The notes: generated from the letters alone by a model not told the origin. 64,000 nucleotides of DNA from Vampirovibrionales bacterium (GCA_044346175.1 JBIIZQ010000001.1:17224-81223); one strand, 5' to 3'; counted from the stretch's first letter, positions 1 through 10,130 are shown. A program made the numbers and translations.

Positions 1-1
1 C

Positions 2-133
2 AACGTCCGTACAGGGGTTGCTGCAGGTGGCGTAGGTACCATTTTTGGACGTAACATCTGGATGCGTTCTATGGACGATGCTTTGGCACTTTCAAGCCAA
101 GTCAGTGGTATTCTTCGTAACGCAAACGGCTAG
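2..133 (+). CDS. 3' end of class I fructose-bisphosphate aldolase (DhnA/FbaB-like), 5'-partial
   Basis: Frame 2 reads ...GVAAGGVGTIFGRNIWMRSMDDALALSSQVSGILRNANG*. The GRNIW C-terminal motif is typical of class I aldolases, and the position upstream of gap-tpiA fits a glycolytic cluster. Confidence 0.45.
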   Translation, partial: NVRTGVAAGGVGTIFGRNIWMRSMDDALALSSQVSGILRNANG

Positions 134-293
134 TTGAGTCCTTGTGATGATGTCCGTGTTGCGTGTGTCGTTTAGGTCTGTCTTTTTATCAAAAAAGTGA
201 ACCTAAAAAACATGCAGCACGGGTCTCGTCCCCTTTTTTAATATCACGTGTTCTCTGTATTTTTCGTGTTTGCTACTTCGCTCTAAATAATGG

Positions 294-1340
294 ATGGAAA
301 CCGCCATGATGACAAACGTCGCCATTAACGGATTCGGTCGTATCGGTCGTATGACCCTGCGTGCTGCTCTTTTAAACAAAAAAGTGAATCTTAATGTAGT
401 TGCAATTAACGACCTCACTGACCCTAAAACGCTCGCCCACCTCTTCAAGTATGATTCCACCATGGGTCAATACGTTGGTGAGGTAGACTACACCGAAAAT
501 AGCATCATTATTGATGGTCATAGCATTCAAGTGACTTCCGAACGTGACCCTGCTGCCTTGCCTTGGCGTGCAATGCAAGTAGATGTCGTGCTTGAGTGTA
601 CAGGCTTATTCACCAACGGTGAAAAAGCTCGTAAGCATCTTGAAGCTGGTGCCAAGAAGGTCATTATTTCTGCACCTGCCTCGAATGAAGATATTACCTT
701 GGCACTTGGGATTAACGATGAAAAATATAATCCTGAAACCCACCATATTATCTCGAATGCAAGCTGTACCACCAACTGTTTAGGTCCTATTGCCAAGGTG
801 CTTGATGAAGTGTTTGGCATTGAGCAAGGCTTGATGACCACGGTTCATAGCTATACAGGCGACCAACGCTTGTTGGATGCACCTCACTCTGACTTGCGTC
901 GTGCACGTTCTGCCGCTTTAAGCATGATACCTACCTCTACGGGTGCTGCTAAAGCGATTGGTTTGGTATTGCCTCAATTAAAAGGCAAACTGCATGGGTT
1001 TGCAGTACGGGTACCTACCCCTACTGTTTCCATGGTTGACCTTACCTTTAACAGCGTAAAGCCTGTGACGAAAGAAGCTATCAATGAGGCTTTCAAAACG
1101 GCTTTGCAACAAAATGCCTCTTTGGCTCACGTCCTTCAGTATGCGAATGAGCCTCTTGTAAGTTGCGACTTTATTGGGAACCCTCATAGCTCCATTTTTG
1201 ACCCTGAGTTGACGACAGTCATTGGAAATAACATGGCAAAAGTCGTTGCTTGGTATGATAACGAATGGGGTTACAGCAACCGTTTAGCTGAGTTGACTCA
1301 AATGGTATGCAACAAGCTTCCTGCGACTGCTAACGCCTAA
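294..1340 (+). CDS. gap: glyceraldehyde-3-phosphate dehydrogenase, Gap2/GapB-type
   Basis: INGFGRIGR, ASCTTNCLGP, SYTGDQRLLDAPHSDLRRAR, STGAAKA and WYDNEWGYS motifs are present. The true start is probably the ATG at 306 or 309 (MMTNV/MTNV). Confidence 0.92.
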   Translation: METAMMTNVAINGFGRIGRMTLRAALLNKKVNLNVVAINDLTDPKTLAHLFKYDSTMGQYVGEVDYTENSIIIDGHSIQVTSERDPAALPWRAMQVDVVLECTGLFTNGEKARKHLEAGAKKVIISAPASNEDITLALGINDEKYNPETHHIISNASCTTNCLGPIAKVLDEVFGIEQGLMTTVHSYTGDQRLLDAPHSDLRRARSAALSMIPTSTGAAKAIGLVLPQLKGKLHGFAVRVPTPTVSMVDLTFNSVKPVTKEAINEAFKTALQQNASLAHVLQYANEPLVSCDFIGNPHSSIFDPELTTVIGNNMAKVVAWYDNEWGYSNRLAELTQMVCNKLPATANA

Positions 1341-1356
1341 TGTGAGCATTTTTAAC

Positions 1357-1394
1357 CTTATCGCCTTTGACCCTTCAGGTCAGAGGCGATAGGT
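1357..1394 (+). terminator. imperfect hairpin between gap and tpiA (cttatcgcctttgac / gtcagaggcgatagg) followed by T-rich sequence; possible terminator or attenuator
   Basis: A 13-15 bp inverted repeat with one mismatch, followed by gtatgctctatgtatgttttctgttttg. Confidence 0.3.
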
Positions 1395-1471
1395 ATGCTC
1401 TATGTATGTTTTCTGTTTTGTCATGCACGCAATATTTTCTGAAAAAATTCAAAAAAATAAGGTTTTACATC

Positions 1472-2254
1472 ATGATTGCAAAAGGTCTTACCCCGCTGGT
1501 TGCTGGAAACTGGAAAATGTATAAAACGCCTCAAGAGGCAGAAGCTTTTGTGACCGAATATCGTGCATGTACTTCAGGAGAGGTCTTGGACCAAGTAGAA
1601 ACGTTAGTATGTCCTACTGTGTTGGCACTTTCCACTGCCATGGCTGCGGCTCAAGGGTCGAGCCTTCAAGTGGGTGCTCAAAATTCTTGGCATGTACCTG
1701 AAGGTGCCTATACAGGTGAGATTTCTGCAACCATGCTCCAAAAGCAAGGCGTGCGTTATGTGATTGTTGGACATAGTGAGCGCCGTCAGTATTTTGCTGA
1801 AACCGATGCCCTCGTAGCACAGAAAACAGTTGCGATTCAAGCGTTGGGCATGGTTCCTATTGTATGCGTAGGTGAAACCCTCGAAGAGCGTGAAGCAGGG
1901 CAGACGGATGCCGTGATTACACGTCAAATGCAGGCGGTCTTGGCACATACAAACCCTGCCATAACCCCTATGGTGGTTGCGTATGAGCCTGTTTGGGCTA
2001 TCGGTACAGGCAAAGTATGCGAGAGTACCGAGGCTCAGAGAGTCTGTGCGATGATTCGTCGTTTGTTGGGAGAGGCTGGTGCCGTGACCCGTGTACTCTA
2101 TGGCGGAAGTGTCAAGCCTGATAATGCTTTGGAGCTTTTTAGTCAAGCGGATATTGATGGTGGTTTGGTTGGCGGTGCCAGTCTTCAGGCAGAAAGCTAC
2201 GCAGCGTTAGTGCGCCATGCTCAAACGGCTTTGCAGGCTCCTGTGGCGGTGTAA
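1472..2254 (+). CDS. tpiA: triosephosphate isomerase
   Basis: LVAGNWKM, IVGHSERR, AYEPVWAIGTG and GGSVK motifs. The ORF-track start at 1367 is an upstream extension; the ATG at 1472 has an AAGG 10 nt upstream. Confidence 0.88.
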   Translation: MIAKGLTPLVAGNWKMYKTPQEAEAFVTEYRACTSGEVLDQVETLVCPTVLALSTAMAAAQGSSLQVGAQNSWHVPEGAYTGEISATMLQKQGVRYVIVGHSERRQYFAETDALVAQKTVAIQALGMVPIVCVGETLEEREAGQTDAVITRQMQAVLAHTNPAITPMVVAYEPVWAIGTGKVCESTEAQRVCAMIRRLLGEAGAVTRVLYGGSVKPDNALELFSQADIDGGLVGGASLQAESYAALVRHAQTALQAPVAV

Positions 2255-2258
2255 CGTG

Positions 2259-2753
2259 ATGATGCTGACAACAACGACGCTCGTCGCTACTCCTAGTACT
2301 GAAATTGTATTAGAGGTAGGGCTTTTTGCCCTACCTCATGCCCCTAATACACAGCCTGCTTATCAAACAGATTGGTCGGCAGGTATGGATATTCAAGCTG
2401 CTATCGAAGTACCCTTAACCTTACAACCGCTTGAACGTGCCTTGATTCCTACAGGTTGGGTGATTGCACTTCCAGAGGGCTATGAAGCTCAAATCCGTCC
2501 ACGGAGCGGTTTGGCGGTGAAGCACGGTATCACGCTCATCAATTGTGTTGGAACCATTGATGCGGACTATCGCCAAGAAGTGAAAGTTCCTTTGGTTAAT
2601 CTTTCCTCTGAACCTTTCACGATTGAGCTAGGCATGCGCATCGCACAGCTTTTGGTAGCCCCAGTGACACGCTTTACATGGCAAACTTTGTCGCAGGCAC
2701 CTGATGCGGTCACCTCCCGTCAAGGTGGTTTTGGGTCTACGGGGTTACATTAG
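2259..2753 (+). CDS. dut: dUTP diphosphatase
   Basis: RSGLAVKHGI, GTIDADYR and SRQGGFGSTG motifs. The ATG lies 4 nt after the tpiA stop. Confidence 0.88.
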   Translation: MMLTTTTLVATPSTEIVLEVGLFALPHAPNTQPAYQTDWSAGMDIQAAIEVPLTLQPLERALIPTGWVIALPEGYEAQIRPRSGLAVKHGITLINCVGTIDADYRQEVKVPLVNLSSEPFTIELGMRIAQLLVAPVTRFTWQTLSQAPDAVTSRQGGFGSTGLH

Positions 2754-2772
2754 GCTTGGATACTTTTTCTCA

Positions 2773-3297
2773 ATGATTCGTATCCTTTTACAACGGGTGT
2801 CATCTGCAAGTGTTTCTGTAGATGGCATCTGTGTAGCCGACATGCCGCAAGGTGGCTTGCTGGCATTGGTAGGTTTAGGACAGGAAGACCTTGAGCGTTT
2901 TACAACGCCCGAGGTGTGTCGTTTGGAGTGGGCTAAATTATGGCAAAAGATTGCAAAGCTCCGAGTTTTTTCAGACTCTGAGGGGAAAATGAACCTTAGT
3001 TTGTTGCAAATGGCGGCATCTCAAGGCGATACCGTAGTACCTCAAGCCCCCAAAGCCTTACTCCCAAAAGGTTTACTGATTGTCTCACAGTTTACACTTT
3101 ATGCGGATTGTGTCCAAGGTAATCGTCCTAGCTTTACAGCAAGTATGCCCAGTGCTGCGGCTTTTGAACGCTTCACCCAAGGGGTTGAAGTTGCTAAAAC
3201 AACCTTACCTACGATTCCTATTTATCAGGGGGGTTTTGGTGCGAACATGCAAATCGCTTTGGTTAATGATGGTCCTGTCACTTTGATGCTTTCTTGA
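2773..3297 (+). CDS. dtd: D-aminoacyl-tRNA deacylase
   Basis: Start MIRILLQRVSSASVSVDG, SQFTLYAD motif, and C-terminus GGFGANMQIALVNDGPVT. About 25 aa longer than typical Dtd, which suggests an internal insertion. Confidence 0.8.
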   Translation: MIRILLQRVSSASVSVDGICVADMPQGGLLALVGLGQEDLERFTTPEVCRLEWAKLWQKIAKLRVFSDSEGKMNLSLLQMAASQGDTVVPQAPKALLPKGLLIVSQFTLYADCVQGNRPSFTASMPSAAAFERFTQGVEVAKTTLPTIPIYQGGFGANMQIALVNDGPVTLMLS

Positions 3298-3367
3298 GGA
3301 CAATCGTGTACAATAGGCTTTTGAGTGTCCTGTTTATCTTCGCAGTTTTGTCATTGGTAAAGGCTTC

Positions 3368-3946
3368 TTGATGGCTATCCTTCCCGCTCCTCCTCCGTAT
3401 CCTTCCCTAACGCCTCTTTTTCAATGGGAGCCAGGTCATATTAAGCCCTATACTTGGTCTGGTATTCGCTTGTTGGGTTTAGATGTTGATGGTGTCATGA
3501 CCCAAGGGGAGATTATTTATCAGTCTGACGGTGGAGAAACCTCAAGAACCTTCAATGTGAAAGATGGTCAAGGGATTGTCTCGTTGATGAAAGCTGGCGT
3601 TGAGGTTGCGATTGTTACAGCGGGCGATAATCCTTGTACGACTCAGCGTGCCACCACCCTCAAGATTCATCATCTTTTTCAGGCAGTTACTGATAAATGG
3701 GCTTGTTTTAACGCCGTGCGTGAATCCTTAGGTATTCCCTGGGAAGCCTGTGCTTATATGGGTGATGATAAACCTGATATTCCTGTGATTCGTGCTTGTG
3801 TTGAGGCGGGAGGCGTAGGTGCTTGTCCTGTGGATGCCGTTCCTGAAGTGCAGCAAGCCGTCAACTGGCGTTCACAGTTTGCAGGAGGGCGAGGGGCTAT
3901 CCGTGAACTAACTTCTTTGATACTCCAACATAAGACCCAAACCTAG
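3368..3946 (+). CDS. kdsC: KDO-8-phosphate phosphatase-like HAD-IIIA hydrolase
   Basis: GLDVDGVMTQG (motif I), VAIVTAG and YMGDDKPDIPV (motif IV). The N-terminal extension is uncertain. Confidence 0.6.
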   Translation: MMAILPAPPPYPSLTPLFQWEPGHIKPYTWSGIRLLGLDVDGVMTQGEIIYQSDGGETSRTFNVKDGQGIVSLMKAGVEVAIVTAGDNPCTTQRATTLKIHHLFQAVTDKWACFNAVRESLGIPWEACAYMGDDKPDIPVIRACVEAGGVGACPVDAVPEVQQAVNWRSQFAGGRGAIRELTSLILQHKTQT

Positions 3947-3973
3947 TCTTTGTGAAGCCTAATGTAGAGGGTA

Positions 3974-4624
3974 TTAAGTGTTCAGGAGCCACCCGTAGAG
4001 TGCTGAAGCAGGGTTATGGTACCATACTTTGCGATGTGCTTTATAAAAACGATGCTTTTGACCGTTTTTTGGTAAGTGTTTAAGTTGTTGGTAAGGTGTA
4101 ATCATACTGTCAGGTAACGCCTTGCCCGCACACAAGCAAGTACTCATGTGACTTAAAAGTTCAAGCTGAATATCCAAGTATAAGGGTTCGGTTTCGTGTC
4201 GTTCGGTATCTGCTTCAAAATGCCATAGTGCGTGGTAAACAGCTTCTAGGGTGGCATCTTCTTCCATCCAAACGCCTAAACGTTTAACCATCGGCCAATT
4301 ACATAAAGCGATGCGTGCGGTAATGCGTTCCTGTAGGACAAGCGTCAGAAGTTTACCCGCAAAACGTCGACGCTCTTGACGTTGTGTGTGCGGTTCAGGT
4401 TTTAACTGGCTTGTGAAGGTATGCCCTAACTGTGAGATACGCCAGCATAAGCTTTGCCACGCCCATCCAAGACGTATCAGTGCATTGACTGCAGGATGCT
4501 CAGCCTCTGATGCCCCTAAAGTGGATGGGGTTTTATAGGCTTTTTTTGAGGGAGGCTCTAAGTTGTGAGATGCACCCGAGGGTGCCTGTAGGAGTGCGTG
4601 GAAACTGGGTGTGTTAGTTGTCAT
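3974..4624 (-). CDS. hypothetical protein
   Basis: ORF 3974..4699 trimmed to the ATG at 4624 (MTTNTPSF). This leaves an 11-nt overlap with the upstream gene, consistent with an operon. No recognisable domain. Confidence 0.35.
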   Translation of the reverse strand: MTTNTPSFHALLQAPSGASHNLEPPSKKAYKTPSTLGASEAEHPAVNALIRLGWAWQSLCWRISQLGHTFTSQLKPEPHTQRQERRRFAGKLLTLVLQERITARIALCNWPMVKRLGVWMEEDATLEAVYHALWHFEADTERHETEPLYLDIQLELLSHMSTCLCAGKALPDSMITPYQQLKHLPKNGQKHRFYKAHRKVWYHNPASALYGWLLNT

Positions 4625-5717
4625 TTTTATCGTTCGTGAAAAGTTCCATACCATTGAGCATTTGGTTTTGTAGGACGGTTTGTACAAGCTGTGGGTCAAG
4701 CCCTTGGGAGGGCGGTTGATTGTTCGTCTGTAAGCCCTGCCCTTGTTGCATCATGAGGAGCATATTCATGGGGTCTGTCCCTTGATTGGGCGTATTTTTA
4801 TTGTTGCCCAAAATACCCATGAGTTGTTGTAATTGGTATTGTTGCATCATTTGGGCTTGTTGCTCAGGGGACATCATATTCGTACGATTGGCTGTATTGA
4901 TCGAGGAGGGTAAAGCCGTGGGTTGTATAGAGGCTTTGTCTTTTTGGATAGGTGTGATGGTGGGTAGTGTATGAGGAGGGGCATCAAGCATGGCACGGAT
5001 ATGTCCTGTTCCGAATGCTTTAGTATCCATGGCATCAAACCAAGCACTTGTATCGGGTAGTAACTTCAACGCCTCTTGTACATAGCGTTGTAAGGTTTGC
5101 TTAGGGCGTGAATCTGATAACGTATTCATGACGGTTTGTGAGACTGTAAGGGCTTCGTATGCTTCTTGATAATACCCGAGTTGAATGGCACTAAGACCCT
5201 TGTAATAGCCAATGAGTGCAGGTATCAAATTGGTTTCTTGGGAGGGGTTATTCTGCTCTATTTCAAGACTGGCGAGTTTTTCATAACAAGCTTGTGCCTG
5301 CCCTTGTTTGTACAGGGTCATGGCTTGTTGAAGGGCTAAGGGTAGTTTTAAAGTCGTTGTTTTGTCCGACGTGCTGGTGTCAGCAACGCTTACTTTACTC
5401 TCTTTGGATGCCTTGGATGTCTGTATAGCGGCATTAGGTTGTAGCGTCACTGGATGTGAGGCCTGTTCAGCATAGGATGATTTTGGAGGATATTCATAGG
5501 CTTCTGCGAGTAGCCATTTCCCAAAAATAAGCCAGCATAAACTACCCACTACACCTATCCAAAGCCAAGGTGTGATTCTCATGACACAGGCTTTCATGTA
5601 GTGTGCTACATAAGCTTGTACTGAATCAGTGTTGGTTCCGATTTTGGAAAAATGGCAGTTTTTTGCAAAAAGATTAAATCGCTTCATTTTACATCTATAG
5701 CTTTCTACATAGCACAC
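4614..5717 (-). CDS. hypothetical membrane-anchored protein with TPR-like region and Q/N/M-rich C-terminus
   Basis: N-terminal transmembrane segment (ITPWLWIGVVGSLCWLIFGKWLL), a helical repeat region, and a C-terminal low-complexity tract rich in Q, N and M. Confidence 0.45.
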   Translation of the reverse strand: MCYVESYRCKMKRFNLFAKNCHFSKIGTNTDSVQAYVAHYMKACVMRITPWLWIGVVGSLCWLIFGKWLLAEAYEYPPKSSYAEQASHPVTLQPNAAIQTSKASKESKVSVADTSTSDKTTTLKLPLALQQAMTLYKQGQAQACYEKLASLEIEQNNPSQETNLIPALIGYYKGLSAIQLGYYQEAYEALTVSQTVMNTLSDSRPKQTLQRYVQEALKLLPDTSAWFDAMDTKAFGTGHIRAMLDAPPHTLPTITPIQKDKASIQPTALPSSINTANRTNMMSPEQQAQMMQQYQLQQLMGILGNNKNTPNQGTDPMNMLLMMQQGQGLQTNNQPPSQGLDPQLVQTVLQNQMLNGMELFTNDKNDN

Positions 5718-5902
5718 ACCCTAAGCTGTTCTTTTGATGTTGTTCAGTATCAAAAGACAGGCATACTTTATTTACTTTACAGCTCATGGCATACGCTACA
5801 GGTTTTGAAGGGGATAAAATCCATTACCAAGAGGAGCTGTGTGTTCAGATATTGCGTGTACTTTTAATATTATTAAATATAATAAAAACAAATAAAATAA
5901 AT

Positions 5903-5936
5903 AAAAAAAACAAGGAAATAAAAATCTTATTTCCTT
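5903..5936 (-). terminator. rho-independent terminator of the iscA-nfu pair
   Basis: Perfect 9-bp stem aaggaaata/tatttcctt with a 7-nt loop, followed on the minus strand by a run of 8 T, downstream of the nfu stop. Confidence 0.5.
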
Positions 5937-5997
5937 GAGAGGCGAATGTAAAAGAAAAGGAAAAACTTTTTAGCAGGTATAGTCCAATAGAGAAAGG

Positions 5998-6240
5998 TTA
6001 GTGGACTTGCTGAACTTCTTTAATACTGGGAATATGTTGGCGGAGTTGCTCTTCAATACCCATTTTAAGCGTGTAGGTTGAAGAAGGACAGGTACCGCAA
6101 GCACCGTGGAGTTTAAGTTGTACAATACCGTCGTCTGTGACACCAATCAGCTCACAATCGCCACCGTCGGCTTGTAAATAAGGACGGACTTGGTCAAGTA
6201 CTTCTTGGACACGGGTCAACTCAATCACGGAAGCTAACAT
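5998..6240 (-). CDS. stand-alone Nfu / NifU C-terminal-domain Fe-S scaffold protein
   Basis: 80 aa with [10 protein letters not shown] (CxxC) in the Nfu fold. Short stand-alone Nfu proteins are typical of cyanobacteria and plastids. Confidence 0.7.
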   Translation of the reverse strand: MLASVIELTRVQEVLDQVRPYLQADGGDCELIGVTDDGIVQLKLHGACGTCPSSTYTLKMGIEEQLRQHIPSIKEVQQVH

Positions 6241-6303
6241 TGCTTATAAAAACCTATTTGCTGAAAGCATAAAACAACATCACAAGATTAAAATCAAAAA
6301 AAG

Positions 6304-6693
6304 CTAGACACCAAAGGAGCTACCGCACCCACAAGCACTTGCTGCATTTGGATTATGAAACTTAAAACCACCATCCATGAGAGCATGGGAAAAATCAATG
6401 GTTGTACCTTTGAGATACGCCGTTGCCACAGGGTGAATATACAAACAAAGTTCACCCTCTTGTTGAAGAAAATCGCCAGCGACGGGTTCTTTGCAAGGGG
6501 TCATATCATATTGCAACCCAGCACATCCACCGCCGATGACACTTAAACGAATACCCTTGGCTTGGTCAGACTGAGCAGTTTCAAGCATTTTAGCTTTTGC
6601 AGACGTAGTAAGCGTTACAACTTGGGCTAAAGAGGCTTTTGCTGCTTCTAGGTTAAGTGTGATTGCAGAGGGAGAGATAGAAGCGTCTGACAT
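6304..6693 (-). CDS. A-type Fe-S cluster carrier (IscA/ErpA/HesB family)
   Basis: IRLSVIGGGCAGLQY and C-terminal CGCGSSF motifs. The ATG at 6693 (MSDASISP) was chosen; the ORF track extends to 6789. Confidence 0.7.
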   Translation of the reverse strand: MSDASISPSAITLNLEAAKASLAQVVTLTTSAKAKMLETAQSDQAKGIRLSVIGGGCAGLQYDMTPCKEPVAGDFLQQEGELCLYIHPVATAYLKGTTIDFSHALMDGGFKFHNPNAASACGCGSSFGV

Positions 6694-6941
6694 ACTTTGA
6701 AAAATACATAAAAGTGAAAGTGTAACAGAATATTGAAATACAGTTTGGGTTGAAATACAATTTTTAGTTGAGACAGGATTTTGCCTCAATTTCCAATACG
6801 CATCTCACACTATTAACATTAACGTAATGGTTAAGGTTTGGCAATACCCTTTTTAGATGTTTTTAGATTTTATTAAGAAATCTTAATACAGAAATGTCCT
6901 ATACGCCGTAGTGCTTATTTTTTACAGGCTTTACAGACACG

Positions 6942-6983
6942 GATAACGCCCTTGATGTTACAAGATGCATCAAGGGCGTTATC
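6942..6983 (-). terminator. strong hairpin downstream of pnp
   Basis: Perfect 16-bp inverted repeat gataacgcccttgatg / catcaagggcgttatc with a 10-nt loop, 40 nt past the pnp stop. Confidence 0.35.
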
Positions 6984-7021
6984 GTGTTTAGAGACCTGTT
7001 ACGGTATGAGGGTACTAGGTA

Positions 7022-9202
7022 CTAGCACATGGCAAGAACGCTGGCACGCTCTTCTTCTGTGACAGCTTTCAGGCTCAAGTTGATACGTCCTCTATCGTCC
7101 ACATCAATGACCTTGACCACAAGTTCATCACCAACATTGACAACGTCTTCTACTTTTTCAACACGACGAGGTGCGAGTTGAGAAATGTGAATCAGACCAT
7201 CTTTGCCAGGAGCAATTTCAACGAAAGCACCGATAGGGATGACACGAACCACTTTGCCAGGAAGTACTAAACCAGCTGTGAACTTACGAGTAAGTCCTTC
7301 AATGGTCTTCATTGCTGCAGTAGCTGCTTCCCCTGTTTTGGCCGTAATGGTAATGCGTCCAGAGTCATCAATATCAATGGCGGCACCTGTTGCATCGATG
7401 ATACTACGAATCATTTTGCCACCAGGTCCAATGACTGTACCAATTTGGTCGGTATCAATCTGCATACTGAAGATACGAGGTGCTGTAGGGGCAAGCTCGC
7501 CAGCTTTCACAATGGCTTGCTCCATTAAACCAAGAATATGGAGTCTGCCGAGTTGTGCTTGCTCAAGAGCCTGACGCATAATGTCGATAGAAATCCCCTT
7601 GATTTTAATGTCCATTTGTAGGGCTGTGACACCATAACGGTCACCTGTGACTTTAAAGTCCATATCCCCTAGGAAATCTTCGACACCCTGAATATCAGAA
7701 AGCACTACGTAACGGTCGCCTTCTTTAATCAAGCCCATCGCAATCCCACTCACATGGCTTTTAAGAGGTACCCCAGCGTTCATCAGGGCAAGGCTTGAGC
7801 CACAGGTGGAAGCCATACTGGTGGAGCCGTTGGATTCAACGACTTCTGAGTTGACCCGCATGGTGTAAGGGAAGCTTTCTTGGCAAGGTAATGCGGCACT
7901 CACAGCACGTTCTGCGAGGGCACCATGACCAATTTCACGTCTTCCAGGCGCACGCAACGGACGAACCTCACCCACTGAGTAAGCAGGGAAAGCGTAATGG
8001 TGTAACCAACGTTTTTTGGTTTGAGGGTCAACCCCGTCAAGGTCTTGGGCATCTCCAGGAGAACCTAATGTACAAATACTCAGAACCTGCGTGCTACCAC
8101 GTGTAAACAGGGCCGAACCATGCACAAGAGGAATCAGACCCACTTCGCAGTGAATAGGACGAATTTCAGTGGGTTTCCGCCCATCGGCTCTGACCCCTTC
8201 TTCCATAATCATGCGTCGCATCACTTTTTTCTCAAGGGATTTAAAGCCTTCGCTCACCACTTGAATAGGTGCAAGCGATGCAATGAGTTGATTCAACTCG
8301 TGGGTTTCACCCAATGCAACTAAGCCCGTTTTGAGTGCTTCTTTTGCTTCAGCAAGAAGATTTTGGCGTGTTTCACGGTCAAACTCATGATAGGCCTTCT
8401 CTACTTGTGCTTCACATTGCTGTGCAATGTAGTGATGAAGTGGGGTGAGGTCAGAGGAGGGAACAAACGTACCAAATGCTTTATTGCACTGGCGTTGGAA
8501 CTCTTTCTGGAAAGCAATTTGACTTTGAATGGCTTCATGAGCCACTTCGAGTGCTTCAACGAGGTCTGCTTCTGATACAAATTGTGCACCAGCTTCAACC
8601 ATCATGATGCTATCTTCAGTCGCAGCGACGATAAGGTCAAGGTCAGAAATGGCTTGTTGTGCAAAAGAAGGGTTAATGACCCATGCACCCTCTACACGAC
8701 CGACACGGACACATCCAAGAGGACCTTGGAAAGGCAGTCCTGAAAGAGAAAGTGCAATAGAGGCTGCTGTTACTGCTAAGGTGTCATAGGCCGTTTGTTC
8801 GTCGGAGGATAAAATAGAGCTGATGACATGCACGTCATTGCGGTAACCCTCAGGCCAAAGAGGACGAATAGGGCGATCCATCAAACGAGAGATGAGGGTT
8901 GCTTTTTCAGAGGGTCTGCCTTCACGTTTGAGATAGCCGCCAGGTAAACGCCCAACAGCATACATTTTCTCTTCAAAGTCACAGAGTAAAGGGAAAAAAT
9001 CAATACCTTCTCTTGGGGTGTCCGTGGCGGATACAACAGAATAAACCATGGTATTGCCTACTTGGAGGGTGACGGCTGCACGTGCAGAACGTGCTAAACG
9101 TCCTGTTTCCACACGAACTTCTTGGTCGCCAATACGAAACGTACCCACTTGTAATGCGGTAAAATACTCATGAGCAGGGCTTGAGGCCTGAGACATCATC
9201 AT
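7022..9202 (-). CDS. pnp: polyribonucleotide nucleotidyltransferase
   Basis: 726 aa with two RNase PH domains (REGRPSEKATLISRLMDRPIRPLWP), KH and S1 domains. Confidence 0.95.
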   Translation of the reverse strand: MMMSQASSPAHEYFTALQVGTFRIGDQEVRVETGRLARSARAAVTLQVGNTMVYSVVSATDTPREGIDFFPLLCDFEEKMYAVGRLPGGYLKREGRPSEKATLISRLMDRPIRPLWPEGYRNDVHVISSILSSDEQTAYDTLAVTAASIALSLSGLPFQGPLGCVRVGRVEGAWVINPSFAQQAISDLDLIVAATEDSIMMVEAGAQFVSEADLVEALEVAHEAIQSQIAFQKEFQRQCNKAFGTFVPSSDLTPLHHYIAQQCEAQVEKAYHEFDRETRQNLLAEAKEALKTGLVALGETHELNQLIASLAPIQVVSEGFKSLEKKVMRRMIMEEGVRADGRKPTEIRPIHCEVGLIPLVHGSALFTRGSTQVLSICTLGSPGDAQDLDGVDPQTKKRWLHHYAFPAYSVGEVRPLRAPGRREIGHGALAERAVSAALPCQESFPYTMRVNSEVVESNGSTSMASTCGSSLALMNAGVPLKSHVSGIAMGLIKEGDRYVVLSDIQGVEDFLGDMDFKVTGDRYGVTALQMDIKIKGISIDIMRQALEQAQLGRLHILGLMEQAIVKAGELAPTAPRIFSMQIDTDQIGTVIGPGGKMIRSIIDATGAAIDIDDSGRITITAKTGEAATAAMKTIEGLTRKFTAGLVLPGKVVRVIPIGAFVEIAPGKDGLIHISQLAPRRVEKVEDVVNVGDELVVKVIDVDDRGRINLSLKAVTEEERASVLAMC

Positions 9203-9287
9203 AAAGAACTAGAAACTTTCAACTTATTTGAGTTTTAAGAGAACAACAAAAAGCATATACATGCTCATATATGCTATTAGCACTTTA

Positions 9288-9326
9288 ACACAAAACGCCC
9301 CAAAATGACTGTATCGTTTTGAGGCG
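9288..9326 (-). terminator. terminator downstream of the rubrerythrin gene
   Basis: On the minus strand, a 10-bp stem cgcctcaaaa/ttttggggcg with one G-U pair and an 11-nt loop, followed by ttttgtgtt. Confidence 0.4.
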
Positions 9327-9382
9327 TTCTTTTGTTGAGGGAGGCTTTCATAGGGAAAGACTCCTGTAAGCAAAGGTTTGAA

Positions 9383-9976
9383 TTACAGGGCATTTAAGCC
9401 TTCGGCAACTTCAAAGTAGGCTTGTGGGTATAGGCAAGCCACGCAGGCTTTAGGAGCGGCTTTGCCAAAGTGGATGTGTCCACAGTTGCGACAACGCCAA
9501 GCCACTTCACCTTCTTTCAAGAAAACAGTACCTTGGAGGACATCTTCGAGGAGCTTACGATACCGTGCTTCGTGGTGTTTTTCTACTTCCGCAATGGCTC
9601 GGAAGGCACTGGCTACTTTGGGAAAGCCTTCACGTGCTGCGACCTCGGCAAAATGAGGATAGAGTTCAGCCCATTCTTCATTTTCACCAGCCGCTGCGGC
9701 AGTAAGATTATCCGCCGTGGTGCCAATCCCTGAAGGGTAACTGGCGGTGATTTCCACAGGGTGTCCTTCTAGGAAATCGAAAAAGCGTTTGGCATGCTCA
9801 CGTTCTTGTTCTGCTGTTTCAAGAAAAACGCCAGCAATATGCTCATAGCCTTCTTCTTTGGCAACCTTAGCATAGTAGGTGTAACGGTTACGTGCTTGAG
9901 ATTCACCAGCGAAAGCAGCCATTAAGTTTTTTTCTGTTTGTGTGCCATGAAGGGTGGGGGTGTTTTGTGAAAACAT
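9383..9976 (-). CDS. rbr: rubrerythrin
   Basis: Ferritin-like di-iron motifs ([16 protein letters not shown]) plus the C-terminal rubredoxin CxxC..CxxC (CRNCGH...CVAC). The start was taken at MFSQNTP. Confidence 0.8.
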   Translation of the reverse strand: MFSQNTPTLHGTQTEKNLMAAFAGESQARNRYTYYAKVAKEEGYEHIAGVFLETAEQEREHAKRFFDFLEGHPVEITASYPSGIGTTADNLTAAAAGENEEWAELYPHFAEVAAREGFPKVASAFRAIAEVEKHHEARYRKLLEDVLQGTVFLKEGEVAWRCRNCGHIHFGKAAPKACVACLYPQAYFEVAEGLNAL

Positions 9977-10130
9977 GGTTTTAGGTGGATGACCTTTCCC
10001 AGGTGAGGAGCAAATGAAATAACGTGCCTTAAGCAAGAAGAAATAAAGCACATAGTATACCCATGCGTGTACTCGTTGTTAAGTGTAACGTGAAGGCTCT
10101 GGAGAGACATCTTATATTAAGATAATTTTA

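Noticed and set aside
2704-2772. The ORF-track 5' extension of dtd (MRSPPVKV...) overlapping the dut 3' end.
   Set aside because: Alignment to Dtd N-termini (MIRILLQRVS...) supports the ATG at 2773. The extension only reflects the absence of a stop codon in that frame.
7203-8789. Several plus-strand ORFs (7203..7574, 7891..8106, 8120..8323, 8363..8575, 8604..8789) antisense to pnp.
   Set aside because: They lie entirely inside the well-supported pnp CDS on the other strand and have no motifs or RBS. They are frame artefacts.
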